Source of the DNA: the human T2T-CHM13v2.0 reference genome, Homo sapiens
Length of the DNA stretch: 64,000 nt
NCBI RefSeq assembly: GCF_009914755.1
Contig: NC_060936.1
Direction: 5' to 3' (one strand)
The notes beneath the pieces are model-generated. The model was not told the origin of the DNA and searched no databases. It worked only from the letters and a program-made list of their open reading frames with translations. The first letter of the stretch is position 1; every line of letters starts with the position of its first letter. The translations under genes were made by a program, and so were the position numbers. Positions 1-12,945 of this stretch are shown here, piece after piece.

Positions 1-9
1 CATTTAATT

Positions 10-270
10 ACCCATGCTGGAGTGAGGGGCAAGATCTTGGCTCACTGCAACCTCCGCCTCCCCTGTTCAAGCTATTCTTGTGCCTCAGCCTCCTGAGTAG
101 CTGGGACTACAGGTATGGACTACCATGCCTGGCTAGTTTTTGTATTTTTAGTAGAACAGTGTTTTGCTATGTTGGCCAGGCTGGTCTCCAACTCCTGACC
201 TCAAGTGATCTGCTCACCTTGGCCTCCCAAAGTGCTAAGATTACAGGCGTGAGCTACCTATGCCTGGCCT
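10..270 (-). mobile_element. Alu (S/J-type), antisense, tail missing
   Basis: ctcactgcaacctccgcctcc...ctcccaaagtgctaagattacaggcgtgagc. Confidence 0.93.
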
Positions 271-302
271 GAAGAGGTTTTGTTTTTCATAAATTTCCTG
301 AA

Positions 303-3300
303 CTTTTTTTCTCTTCAACTTTTATTTTACATTTCAGGGTACATGTGCATGATGTGCAGGTTTGTTACATAGGTAAATGTGTGCCCTGGTGGTTTGTTGT
401 ACAGATCATCCCATCACCTAGGTATTAAGCCTAGCATCCATTAGCTATTCTTCCTGATGCTCTCCCCCGACCCCTGGCAGGTCCCAGTGAGTGTTGTTTC
501 TCCCCTGTGTTCATGTGTTCTCATAATTCGTCTCCCATTTATAAGTGAGAACATGTGGTATTTGGTTTTCTGTTCCTGCATTAGGTTGCTGAGGATGACA
601 GCTTTCAGCTCCATCCATGACCCTGCAAAGATACGATCTCATTACTTTTCATGGCTGCATAATATTCCGTGGTGTATATGTACCATATTGTCTTTATCCA
701 GTCCATCATTGATGGGCATTTGGGTTGATTCCATGTCTTTGCTATTGTGAACAGTGCTGCAATGAATATACACATGCATGTAACTTTATAATAGAATGAT
801 TTATATTCTTTTGGGTATATACCCAGTAAAGGGGTTGCTGGGTCAAATGGTGTTTCTGTCTCTAGATCTTTGAGGAACTGCCAAACTTTCTTCCACAATG
901 GTTGAACTAATTTATATTCCCACCAACAGTGTAAGAGCATTCCGTTTTCTTCATAACCTCACCACTAGTTGTTTTTAGACTTTTTAATAATCATCATTCT
1001 GACTGGCATGGGATGGTATCTCATTGTGGTTTTAATTTGCATTTCTCCAATAATGAGTTATGTTGAGCTTTTTTTCATGTGTTTTTTGGCCACTTGGATG
1101 TCTTCTTTTGAGAAGACACGTCCTTTGACCACTTTTTAATGTTTTTTTTTTTTTTCCTCATAAATTTGCTTTAGTTCCTTGTAGCCTCTGGATGGTAGAC
1201 CTTTGTCAGATAGATAGATGGCAAAAATTTTATTTCATTCCATAGGTTGTCTGTTCACTCTGACGATAGTTTCTTTTGCTGTGCAGAAGCTCTTTAGTTT
1301 AATTAGATCTCATTTGCCAATTTTTGCTTTTGTGGCTACTGCTTTTTGCATTTTTGTCATGAAATCTTTTCCTGTGCCTATGTCTTGAATGGCATTGCTT
1401 AGATTTTCTTCTACTTTTTTTATAGTTTTGGGTTTTATATTTAAGTCTTTAATTCATCTTGAGTTAATGTTTGTACAAGGCATAAGGAAGGGGTCTAGTT
1501 TCAGTTTTCTGCATATGACTAGTCAGTTCTCCCAGCACCATTTATTAAGTAGGGAATCCTTTCCACATTGCTGTTTTTTTTCAGGTTTGTTGAAGATCAG
1601 ATGGTCATAGATGTGCAACTTTATCTCTGAGTTCTCTATTCGATTCCATTGGTCTATATATCTACTTTTGTACCAGTACCATGCTGTTTTGGTTACTGTA
1701 GCCTTGTAGAATAGTTTGAAGTCCACCAGTGTGATGCCTCCAGCTTAGTTCTTTTTTGCTTAGGATTGTCTTGGCTATTCAGGCTCTTTTTGGGTTGCAT
1801 ATGAATTTTAAAATAGTTTCCTCTAATTCTATAAAGAATGTCAGTGGTAGTTTAATGAGAATTGCATTGAATCTATAACTTATTTGGGGCAGTATGGCCA
1901 TTTTTACAATATTGATTCTTCCTATTAATGAAAATGGAATGTTTTTCCATTTGTTTGTGTCCTCTCTGATTTTCTTGAGCAGTGGTTTGTAGTTCTCCTT
2001 AAAGAAGTCCTTCACTTCCCTTGTTAGCTATATTCCTAGGTATTTATTCTTTTTGTAGTAATTGTGAACAGGAGTGCACTGATGATTTGGCTCTCTGCTT
2101 GGCTGTTGTTGGTGTATAGGCATGCTAGCGATTTTTGCACATTGATTTTATACCCTAAGACTTTGCTGAATTTGTTCATCAGCTTAAGAAGCTTTTGGGC
2201 TGAGATGACGGGGTTTTCTAGATATAGAATCATGTCATCTGCAAATAAAGGTAATTCAACTTCCTCTCTTCCTATTTGAATACTTTCTTTCTCTTTCCTG
2301 ATTTCCCTGGCCAGAAGTTCCAATGCTATACTGAATAGGAATGGTGAGAGAGGGCATCCTTGTCTTGTGCTGGTTTTCAAGGGGAATGCTTCCAGCTTTT
2401 TCCCATTCAGTATGATATTGTCTGTCGGTTTGTCATATATGGCTCTTATTATTTTGAGGTATGTTCCTTCAATACCTAGTTTATGGAGAGTTTTTAACAT
2501 GAAAGGATGTTGAATATTATCAAAGACGTTTTCTGTGTCTGTTGAGATAATCATGTGGTTTTTGTCTTTATATCTGTTTATATGATTAGTTACATTTATT
2601 GATTTGTGTATGTTGAATAAACCTTGCATCCTGGGGATGAAGCCAACTTGATTGTGGTAAATAAGTTTTTTGATGTGCTGCTGGATTCAGTTTGCCAGTA
2701 TTTTATTAAGGATTTTTGCATCAATGTTCATCAAGGGTATTGGCCTGAAGTTTTCTTTTTTTTGTCATATTTCTGCCAGGCTTTGGTATCAGGATGATGC
2801 TGGCCCCATAGAATGAGTCAGGGAGGAGTCCCTCCTTTTCAGTTTTTTGGAATTGTTTCAGTAGAAATGGTACCAGCTCTTCTTTGTATCTCTGATAGAA
2901 TTCACCTGTAAATTTGTATGGTCCTGGGCTTTTTTTGGTTGGTAGGCTATTTGTTATTGCCTCAATTTCAGAACTTGTTGGTCTATTCATGGATTCAGTT
3001 TCTTCTTGGTTCAGTCTTGGGAGGGTGTATGTGTTCAGAAATTTATCCGTTTCTTCTAGATTTTCTAGTTCACGTGCATAGAGATGTTTATAGTATTCTC
3101 TGATGGTTGTATTTCTGTAGGGTCACTGGTGATATCCCCCAGAACCATAATTTCTGGTTATGTTTATTTGATTCTTCTCTCTTTTCTACTTTATTAGTCT
3201 AGCTAGTGGTCTATTTTATTAATTTTTTTCAAAAAAACCAACTCCCAAATTTGTTGATTTTTTGAAGGGTTTTTCATGTCTCTATTTCCTTCAGTTCCAC

Positions 3301-3487
3301 TCTGATCTTGGTTATTTCTTGTCTTCTGCTAGCATTGGGGTTTATTTGCTCTTGATTCTCTAGTTCTTTTAGTTGTGATGTTAGGTTGTTAGTTTTGATG
3401 TGGGCATTTAGTGCTATAAATTTCCCTCTTAACACTGCTTTAGCTGTGTCGCAGAGATTCTGGTACACTGTCTCTTTGTTCTCATTA
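303..3487 (-). mobile_element. 5'-truncated old primate LINE-1 (L1PA/L1PB-type): 3'UTR and fragmented ORF2
   Basis: ORF fragments match L1 ORF2 ([40 protein letters not shown]); many stops and frameshifts. Confidence 0.95.
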
Positions 3488-3489
3488 AA

Positions 3490-3920
3490 TCCCCTGGAAG
3501 TTACTTGAGTCAGTGGGGGAAGGACTTGTAACAATAGGGTAAGGTGTAACAAAAATGGCCAACTGCTTCTGTATCTGTACTTTGTTATCAGAAGCAGCAA
3601 TCAGTGGTCAGGGCATACATCCCTGATATTTAAAGGACAGGGTCCTTTTTGCCCACTCTGGCTCCTGCAAGCTACATGCAGGCTGCTCCAGGAACATGTG
3701 CACAATTGCCTGCCACAGGGCTGGGAGTAGGAGATGGGTAGCTACTGTTAAACTAACAACTGAAATTGACCACAATTGATTGCAATTTACTATGCAAGCC
3801 TTTCCCTGGAAGCTGAAAGTCTTCAAAAAACTCCAGAATTCTTTTGTGCTATCATTGTCTAGGTGGGAGACAGATTCTTGGTGCTTCCCACTCCTTCATC
3901 TTTCCAGAGTCCTCTCCCAG
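3490..3920 (-). mobile_element. Probable older L1M 5'-region fragment
   Basis: gttatcagaagcagcaatcag...ccctgatatttaaaggacagggtcc resembles antisense L1M 5' sequence (from memory). Confidence 0.45.
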
Positions 3921-3944
3921 TTGTTTCTATTTTTAAATTTCATT

Positions 3945-4081
3945 TTTTTAAAATTATTTATTTAATAGAAACAGATCTCACTATGTTGCTGAGGCTGGCC
4001 TTGAACTTCTGGGCTCAAACGATCCTCCCACTTCTGCCTCCCAAGTAGCTGGGACTACAGGCATGCACACTATACCTGGCT
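3945..4081 (-). mobile_element. Alu monomer (FLAM-like), antisense
   Basis: tctcactatgttgctgaggctggccttgaacttctgggctcaaacgatcctccc. Confidence 0.85.
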
Positions 4082-4179
4082 TCAATTGTTCTTATTTCCA
4101 AATAAAGTATGAGATAAGGTCAATAATTAAGTGAAAAGAGAAAAAGAAATAGGGGACTTTAAAGAGAGAGAAGAACAAT

Positions 4180-4395
4180 AATTATAACAAATATTTTTAT
4201 AGAACTTACCATGTTCTGGGTAGTACACAAATGTTTTACATCTATTAACCCATTTAATTTTCATAATAATCCTATATAGTGGTTCATATGAGGAAACCAT
4301 ATAGGTACATATTTACATGTGAAGAAACTAAGGCACATCAAGATTAAACTCACATAGCTGGTAAGTGACAGAACAATTGTTTGAACTGTCTCCAG
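4180..4395 (-). mobile_element. MIR
   Basis: gaagaaactaaggcaca...cacatagctggtaagtgacagaa core in reverse orientation. Confidence 0.7.
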
Positions 4396-4934
4396 CGACT
4401 AAGTGTGAAATAGTAGTCTCGAAGATTGCGAGAGTTGAGATACTATGGAAGTGTTATAGGATTGCCATTCATCAATTTTGAATGCCATTTAAAATGTGTG
4501 TTCATGAATTTAAGGCAAAACAGCCCAGTATACACTTTTCTTCAGAGTTCACCAATTACAGAGGAGGCTCAGAATAGCCACACAGTTTTGTTTAACCAGG
4601 CTTTGGCATTGCCTGGCAAGTTCTTGGACAGAGAATAGGGCAAAGGAGTTCATGATGCTTGTGAGGGAATGAGTATGATGATGTTGCTTGGCTGGAGATA
4701 GGACAGTGAAGATGTGTGGGGGCAATGGGGGAAATGGCAGCCTCAGTGGACTGGAAGGGTATTCTAGGTCAAAGCACTCAACAAGAAGTTGAGCTGAAAG
4801 GATGGGAGATGGTGCTCAGATGCTGGGAAAAAACTTTTGGAGAAGATGCAGTTATCAGTGTTAATGAAGGCAAAGGCATAAAACCCAGTTTGCTCTCTGT
4901 TTCCATTCTTACCTCTTATAATTCTCGTGATAGA

Positions 4935-5342
4935 CTTCATGCTCCTCGCCTTGCTCAGGATACATTTTCTCCTGTCTTCTCTCATTTGAATAGTACCCAT
5001 TCTTCATGTCCTTCCTCAAATAGAACCACCTTTGTTACCCCATCTTCCCATACTGTGATGTCTTTAGCCAGAAGTTATTTCCTTTGTTCTCTTGTGGTAC
5101 CGTTTTTACTCTTCATATATTATATATTGCCTTTTAATGAGACATTTGTTTTCGTGTCTTAGATACTTTACTAGGTCTTAAGTGCTCAAGGGCAAGAAGT
5201 ATAACCCTGCAACTTGGTATTCTGTTCCAGGCTTGGCCTAGTGCCTTCCTGCCAGTAGAAACAGGAAAAATATAGATTCTAATTTCCTAAGTATAGAAAC
5301 TGTGTAGTAGATGCTCAGTAAACAACTATTGAATTGAATTGG
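4935..5342 (+). mobile_element. L2 3' fragment
   Basis: Ends tagtagatgctcagtaaac...tgaattgaatt, an L2-type tail. Confidence 0.5.
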
Positions 5343-5704
5343 TGAACTCAACACATTAGGAAATATCATTTTATATTTTCCACATTAGACTCATATATCC
5401 ATGAACCAGCACTACAGCAAATCTATTCTCACTTCTTTGTGAGGTTAATAGTTTGAGACCAGTCCAGTTATTAATTATAGACCATAATAGTAATATATGT
5501 AACATATCACTGTTAATTAATAATTATATAAATATATATAATTATATTAAATCTCATATAATACTTTGTGATAAGCATTAAGCACTATAATAGCATTAAG
5601 AAGTGGGTGTTGTTATTCCTGTTTAAGGTTAAACAATTGTTCAAAGTCACAGAGGGAGCTGGCAGCAGACCTAATTATCAGTAAAATTCAATAAATGCTT
5701 TTAA

Positions 5705-5955
5705 CCACTGTTTTCTAACTTTTTGATTATGACACATGGTAAGAATATTACACTACAGCCCATGACAAAGACATACACACATGTGCATCTGAAATTAAAG
5801 TTTCACAAATTAATACTTACCTTTACTATATGCAATATACTTTGGTACTTCCCGTTTGATTTTATTCTGTTTCATTTTAAATGCTAAATGGAACTCCCTA
5901 AATTGATTTTACAACTTACATACAGGTTAAGACTCATAGGCAGGAAAAAGATGCC
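5705..5955. mobile_element. hAT-Charlie-like DNA transposon remnant
   Basis: cactgttttctaacttttt...ctaaattgattttac...gaaaaagatg resembles Charlie/MER elements; subfamily not determined. Confidence 0.4.
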
Positions 5956-6369
5956 CTCACCAATGCTTTTACTGTTTTCCCTTGCTTGAATCGATGAGTG
6001 ATTCACAATCCTCCTGTAATTCTCCTAAACCACTGGATCAAGTTTCATTTCTTTAAGAAAGAAGTATCCTAACTGGTGTGCATGGGAAATAACATGCACT
6101 GAAGCTGCTGTAATTACACAGTGTTGAGCATAAGTTAAATGACATATTCCCTTCTGAGTTACAAGTAACTCAGCTACAGAATTGCTGGAGGATTAGTTAA
6201 GACAATTCTAATTGAAAAAGAAATATAATTAAGTTCAGAGAAGTCAACTGTCTCTGAAGCAAATCACTCTCCTACCAGAAGATCTGTTCTCATTTACATC
6301 ACACTGATCGAGCAACTCTTTGGTAGGTAGAACCCTGAATTCAGTTTTTCTCATTCTTGCTTTCATTTA

Positions 6370-7600
6370 GTTACTTACCAACTCATTTATTTATAAAAGA
6401 TCCATTAAAAGTGAGAGCTAAGGACCGTGCTTAGTTTTCACGATGGGCACTGCCTGCAGTTTAAAATTCAGTGTCATAGCACTGAAAGGGAAAAATGACT
6501 CAGGCACTGGGGGAGGACTAAGGGAGGAGGCTCTTCATTGTGCCTGAAGGGAAAGGGGTCAGGAAAGACATCAAAGAGGGGATGATGCTGACAATGCACC
6601 TTGGAGTGATCAGGATTTCACATGGAAGGAGAAGCTGGAGAAGTCAGGGTAGGGCTGGGAGGCAGGGAGAGAACATTCCAAGTAGCTGATCCTGGTATGT
6701 TCAGGAAAATGCAGCTATAGTGGAGCATGTGGTACTCATGGGACATGAGGCAGGAAAAATGAGTGGGGATTGATTATGAAGATCTTCATGATATACAAGT
6801 AGTTTTGAATTTATTCCATAGGTGACAAGGAGCTACGAACAAATGTTTGGCAGCTGAATGATGGACAGTGCAGCGTTTTGGAAAGAGAGCACTAGTGTTG
6901 TGTAGGCCGGGGGATGACACAGGGTGAACCATCCTGGAAGTGGATTGAAGACAAGGGCCAGGTTTGAGAGAGATAGGTAGTAGAAGGGACTGGAGTTAGT
7001 GTCTATTCAGTGTGGACAATGGCACTTGGAGTCTGCTTTGGGGGGCCAGGCAGATGGTGGTGTGATTTGCCAAGACAAGAGCTGCAGGAGAATGAACAGG
7101 TATGGGGGACAAACTAATACATTCTATTGTATGGAGGTTGCATCTGAGGCCACCAAGAGATTTCAGGTGTAAATTACAACAGGAAGGCAGAAATATTACT
7201 CTGGAGTTCAGACATGGATCTGGTTACAGGTATAGATTTGGAGCTTATAGGTTATAGTTGGTAGTTAGAGCATTAGATCTAAATGAGTGTGTGTGTGCAA
7301 TAAAAATAAGAGCGCTAAATTAGGAAGAGCCTGCCTATTTGTAGGAGGTGAGCTGAAGAGGAGTAACATATTAAGATAGGAAAAAAAAATCCCTGTATAT
7401 ATCAGCTCAAGAGGCAGGAAGATAATTGGGAATCATTGCCATTATGGATACCACAAAGGAAAGAAAATTTCAACCAGGAATTTTCAACAGCATCAAATAA
7501 CAGAGAAAGCCTGCAGTGTTCACTGGCTTGATCAGAGCCAAGTTTAGGGGTGGGGCAAAGCATAGGGAGGTGGGGAGAAAGCTGGATTGCAAGAATGAAC
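6370..7600 (-). mobile_element. Degenerate L2, antisense, abutting the tandem array
   Basis: tcatttatttat..., gaatttattccataggtgacaaggagcta, ggtatagatttggag are typical of antisense L2. Confidence 0.55.
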
Positions 7601-7619
7601 AGCCTATCATTGCAGCAGT

Positions 7620-9310
7620 GAAACATGCAGCAAAGGGGAATGTAGCAGAGGGAAATGCATCAGTGGAAAATGGAAATGCAGCAGTGGGAAATAAGAATAC
7701 AGCAGAGGGAAATGTGTTAGTGGAAAATGGGAATGGAGCGCTCGGAAATGGGAATGAGGCAGAGGAGAAGAGAAATGGAGAAAGGGGAATGCAGCACTGG
7801 GAAAGGCAATGGAGAGAATGTAGTAGTGAGAAATGGGAATTCATCAGGGGGAAATGGAGGGATGGAAATGGGAATGCAGCAGAAGATAATAGGAATGCAT
7901 GAGTGGAAAATGGAAATGCAGCAGAGGGGAGTGTAGCAAAGGGAAATGGAAATGCAGCAAAGGAAATTGAGAATGTAGTAGAGGGACATGGGAATACAGC
8001 AGAGGAAAATGGGGTTGCAGAAGTGGAAAACATGGGAATGCAGCAGAGGGGATTGCAGAGTAAGAAAATGGAATGCAGCAGTGGGAAATGGGAGTGCAGC
8101 AGTGGTAGATAGGATTGCAGCAGAGGGAAATGGAATGCAGGAGTGGGAAATGGGAATGCAGCAGGGGGAGATGGAACGCAGGAGTGGGAAATGGGAATGA
8201 GGCAGAGGGAGACGGAATTCAGGAGTTGGAAATGGGAATGCAGGAGTGGGGAATGGGAATGCAGCAGAGGGAGATGGAATGCAGCAGAGAAAAATGGGTT
8301 TGCAGCAGAGAGAGATGGAATGCAGGAATGGGAAATGGGAATACAGCAGAGAGAGGGAATGCAGGAGTGGAAAATGGGATTGCAGCAAAGGGAGATGGAA
8401 TTCAGCAGTGGGAAATGGGAATGCTGGAATGGTAAATGGGATTGCAGCAGAGGGAAATGGGAATGCAGCAGAGGGAGATGGAATGCAGGCATGGGAAATG
8501 GAAATGCAGGAGTGGGAGATGGAATAAAGAATTGGAAAATGGGAATCCAGCAGAGGGGAATGGGATTGCAGCAGAGGGAGATGGAATGCAGGAGTGGGAA
8601 ATGGGAATGCAGCAGAGGGAGATGGAATGCAGCAGTGGGATAGGGATTGCAGCAGAGGGCGGTGGAATTCAGGAGTCAGAAATGGGAAGATGAAGCAGAG
8701 GGAGATGGAATGCAGCAGTGGGAAATGGGAATGCTGGAATGGTAAATGGGATTGCAGCAGAGGGAAATGGGAATGCAGCAGAGGGAGATGGAATGCAGGA
8801 GTGGGAGATGGGAATGCAGCAGAGGGAGATGGAATGCAAGAGTGGGAAATGGGAATGCAGCAGAGGGAGATGGAATGCAGCAGAGGGAGATGGAATGCAG
8901 GAGTGGGAGATGGGAATGCAGCAGAGGGAAATGGAATGCAGCAGAGGGAGATGGAATGCAGCAGAGGGAGATGGAATGCAGCAGAGGGAGATGGAATGCA
9001 GCAGAGGGAGATGGAATGCAGGAGTGGGAGATGGGAATGCAGCAGAGGGAGATGGAATGCAGCAGAGGGAGATGGAATGCAGCAGAGGGAGATGGAATGC
9101 AGCAGAGGGAGATGGAATGCAGCAGAGGGAAATGGAATGCAGCAGAGGGAGATGGAATGCAGGAGTGGGAGATGGGAATGCAGGAGTGGGAAATGGAATG
9201 CAGCAAAGGGGAAGGAGAATGCATTAGAGAGACATGGGAATCCCACAGGGGAAAATGGGACTGCAGAAGAGGAAAACAGTCATGCAGCTGTAGAAAATGC
9301 AGCAGAGGGG
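7620..9310 (+). repeat. Minisatellite (VNTR-like) of 20/21-bp units, consensus GATGGAATGCAGCAGAGGGA, variants GATGGAATGCAGGAGTGGGA and AATGGGAATGCAGCAGAGGGA
   Basis: Periodicity directly visible; near-perfect 8760-9200, increasingly degenerate towards 7620; purine-rich plus strand. Confidence 0.97.
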
Positions 9311-9499
9311 AAGGCCACAGGATCAGTGGGCAGCCTGGCATCATGATTAAGTGGAGATACCATCACAGGTTCATTTGTTCAACTAACAGTGATTGAATAC
9401 CCACTGTGTTTGGGGCATTTGTCTCAGTCCTAGGGATACATCAGTGAATGAGAGAAGATGAAAATCCCTTCCCTTATAAAGCTTACTTACATTCTCAAA

Positions 9500-9710
9500 T
9501 GACCTGGAAATGAATACCAGTTGTGCCACTTCCTTCTGTGTAGCCTTGGGAAATTCTTTAATCTTAGTTGGTCTTTGTTTACTAGTCCATAAAATGGTAT
9601 GGCAATAGTACCTCTGTCACTGGGTAGTTGTGAGAACAGAAAAGTAACATAAACCACTTGGCCCAGTGTCTGCTCTTAATTATCTCTCAATAAATGTTAA
9701 CTAAGTTAAG
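9500..9710 (+). mobile_element. MIR
   Basis: gccacttccttctgtgtagccttgggaa...taaaatgg...ctcaataaatgttaac. Confidence 0.7.
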
Positions 9711-10261
9711 TAGACTGTGGGCTACTTTTTCAGAGACATGCCTATAATGGTAATTAAAAGAGATCTGATAATGGCTAAAAGTGCAACCAGGATTCAGGGA
9801 GGACATTTTTCATGATGGGAGAGGTCTGGCTTAATTGTGTATGTGGGAAGTGTGACTCAAGTCAAGGAGAAATCTAATCCATGGCATGAAAGCCTGGAGG
9901 AGACGATAGGGCCTGTGCGTTCCCATTCGGTGGGCAGTCGCGCCTCACACTTACCACATCATCCAGAGTCTCAACTGGGTGAAACAAAATGGCCATGCTC
10001 ACAACCTCCCATGTTCCTGTATTTTCACCATCTTCTTATTGCCTATTTCTGGATCCAGGCTTCTTTGACCACTGAGGGGATTAGCCCCTCAGTGTGCTGT
10101 TGGCCCACACCAGAGGCAGCAGCCCCATTACTGGGGTGACCATTTACCCACATGTCCCAGCACTCTCTTTTTCACATCAGCCTATGATTTCAGTTCTTCC
10201 CACATTTTAAAGTCTCTTCCTTCCCCAGACTCAAGAGCTGTGGGTGTTGCAAGACCACACT

Positions 10262-10807
<546 letters not shown>

Positions 10808-11784
10808 TAAGCATACAATCATTTAATACTTACCTTAAAATGACAAACACAAAGACTCACAGAATATTACACGATAATTTACTTAACAATTTCTAACCTA
10901 TAAAATGGGAGTAACAATAGCATAAATATGCAGTGTCACATCTTTGTGGTTATTTTGACTTTTGCACTCATGAAGGCAAACATGAAAATGCTCCAGGTCT
11001 ACTTTTCCATCAGGACTGAAATCTTGGTGGGGTGAGAAGTTCTGGTACTAGATGCTACAGTGAGATGGAAAACTGAAGTGTGTTCTACGTTGAATATGAG
11101 AATCCTTAAACCAAAAGACAGTGTGTGCCTTAAACTTCCAGTAGGGTTGTTTGCATTCCAGCCGTCACTCCCAGGGCTAACTTAGAGACCTGAGATAGAC
11201 TGACCCAGTAGCATGGAGTTCTGAAGACAATTCCCAGTTTTGCGCAGACTGGGCCTGCCTAAGCAGTGATGTCGGGTTTTGTGCCAAAACTGTCAGCATG
11301 GAAGAGGTTGAGAATAAAGATATATCCAGACAAGTCAAAGGCCAGGAAGGAACACAGGCAGGACAGGCCATCAGTAAGATATTTCCTCATAATGTCAAAA
11401 AGGAACCCAAATTTAGCCCCCGACAGATGTTAACATAGGAATCCAGCAGTAGCATCTCCAAACAGCCTGGTTGTTGCTGGCATGGTCATCCCTCTTCTGT
11501 AGACACAGATACACCACCCTCTTACATGTAGGGGTGTGCTCACTGCCCTTCGCTAGGCTACAGGGGTTTCTGCCACTCCCTTTGGTTTCTCCACTCTAAA
11601 TTTGGGTTTTTCACTCCAACTTTGGGTTTAACCAGTCTAAGCCATTAACCTGAGTAATATCAATTCTGTCTGCCCTGATGGTGCACCAATCTTAGAAGTC
11701 AGCAAGGGTAAAAGAGAAAAAGAGAATGTTATACATACGATTCCTCCTCTCTCCTGTTTCCCCAACACACCCCCACATTATCCC

Positions 11785-12145
11785 TTTCACAGAGCCTTTG
11801 CACTGGCCGTTCCTTCTGCATAGAATGCTCTTCCCCTAGAATCCTTCATGGCTCTCTCCCACTCTGCTCATGTGGAACCTTCTCGGAGGCCTCCTTGACC
11901 ACTCACCCTGGACTCTCCCCACTTCCTTCTGTTTACTCTTCTCCATAGCATTGATTACTCTTTGGCACAGTAAACATCTTACATGTTTGTTTTTTATTTG
12001 CCTCCACTCACCAGATCTCACACTTCACTAAGGAAGGGATTTTTGTCAGATCCGATCACTGCTGTACCATCAGTCACAAGAATTTACCTGGCATATAGTA
12101 GATGCTCAGATACTTGTTGGAAGGAAGGAAAGGAGGGAATGGAAA
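11785..12145 (+). mobile_element. L2 3' end
   Basis: gcctttgcactggccgttccttctgcatagaatgctcttccc...cctggcatatagtagatgctcagatacttgttgg. Confidence 0.8.
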
Positions 12146-12339
12146 GGGAAAACAAACATATAAAAAAGGCAAAGTTGCATTTTTTGCCTAAGAGCTTCCA
12201 ATTTTACATTGTTTAACCTTGTACTCTATGCAGAGCCTCTGCTCACACCCTTGAGTGCAGAGAGGCATTAGTGCAGGTATCTGTCACTCAGGACCGTCCA
12301 GTCAGGCTGTGTTCTTGAGATCAGGTAGAAAACAAGTGG

Positions 12340-12945
12340 CATAAAAGAGATGTGAGCATCAAAGGAAGAGGAGCCCACATTGCTAGGGTGACTGGAAAAG
12401 GCTGCAAGGAGGAGGTGACATTTGAGATGGTGTTTCTTGGGGTATTGGGAGTGCAAATGGGAGTATCTGCGTGAAAGTAGGGAAGGATGGGATGCGATTG
12501 GAGAATAGTAAATAGACTAAGTGAGCTTCAGCTCCTGGTGTGTGAGGGAACCCCAGACAAGAAAGCCAGAAGGGGAAACAAGCCCACGATGTCGGGGAAG
12601 TGTTCATGCTCATTCACAGGCAGTGGGAAGCCATAGCTGGCCTGGGGAGCCGAATGGCCAGGACCGTTTTGTGTCATAAGAAGGTCATCTGAGCAGATTT
12701 GAAGGATGGATGGGTGTGAGGGACTCTGAGGGGAGCGGATCCTTCAGGACTTCATTGCGTTCATTCCTTAGGGAGATACAGAGGGCCTAATTCAGAAGGA
12801 GGGAGAGCATTTAGATGTATTTCAGAAGCAGATTTAACAGGACTTGGAAACTGATGCATATTGGAGTGGGGACAAAGAGAGTCAACGAGTCAAAGCTGAC
12901 CCAGACTTTGAGCCTCGGCATGGGAGAAGGGAAAAGGCATATAAG
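12340..12945 (-). mobile_element. L2 fragment, antisense
   Basis: ggaggaggtgacatttgagatgg, aggcagtgggaagccat, gagtcaaagctgacccagactttgagcct. Confidence 0.65.

Noticed and set aside
605-3600. L1 ORF2 fragments as an active retrotransposon
   Set aside because: 5'-truncated with multiple stops, frameshifts and deletions
7620-9310. CRISPR array or bona fide protein-coding gene
   Set aside because: Units are head-to-tail with no unique spacers in a mammalian context; the ORFs follow from the stop-free unit, and no promoter or splice evidence is visible
7620-9310. Pericentromeric HSat2/3 block
   Set aside because: Period is 20/21 bp, not (GGAAT)n pentamers; short and embedded in euchromatic repeats
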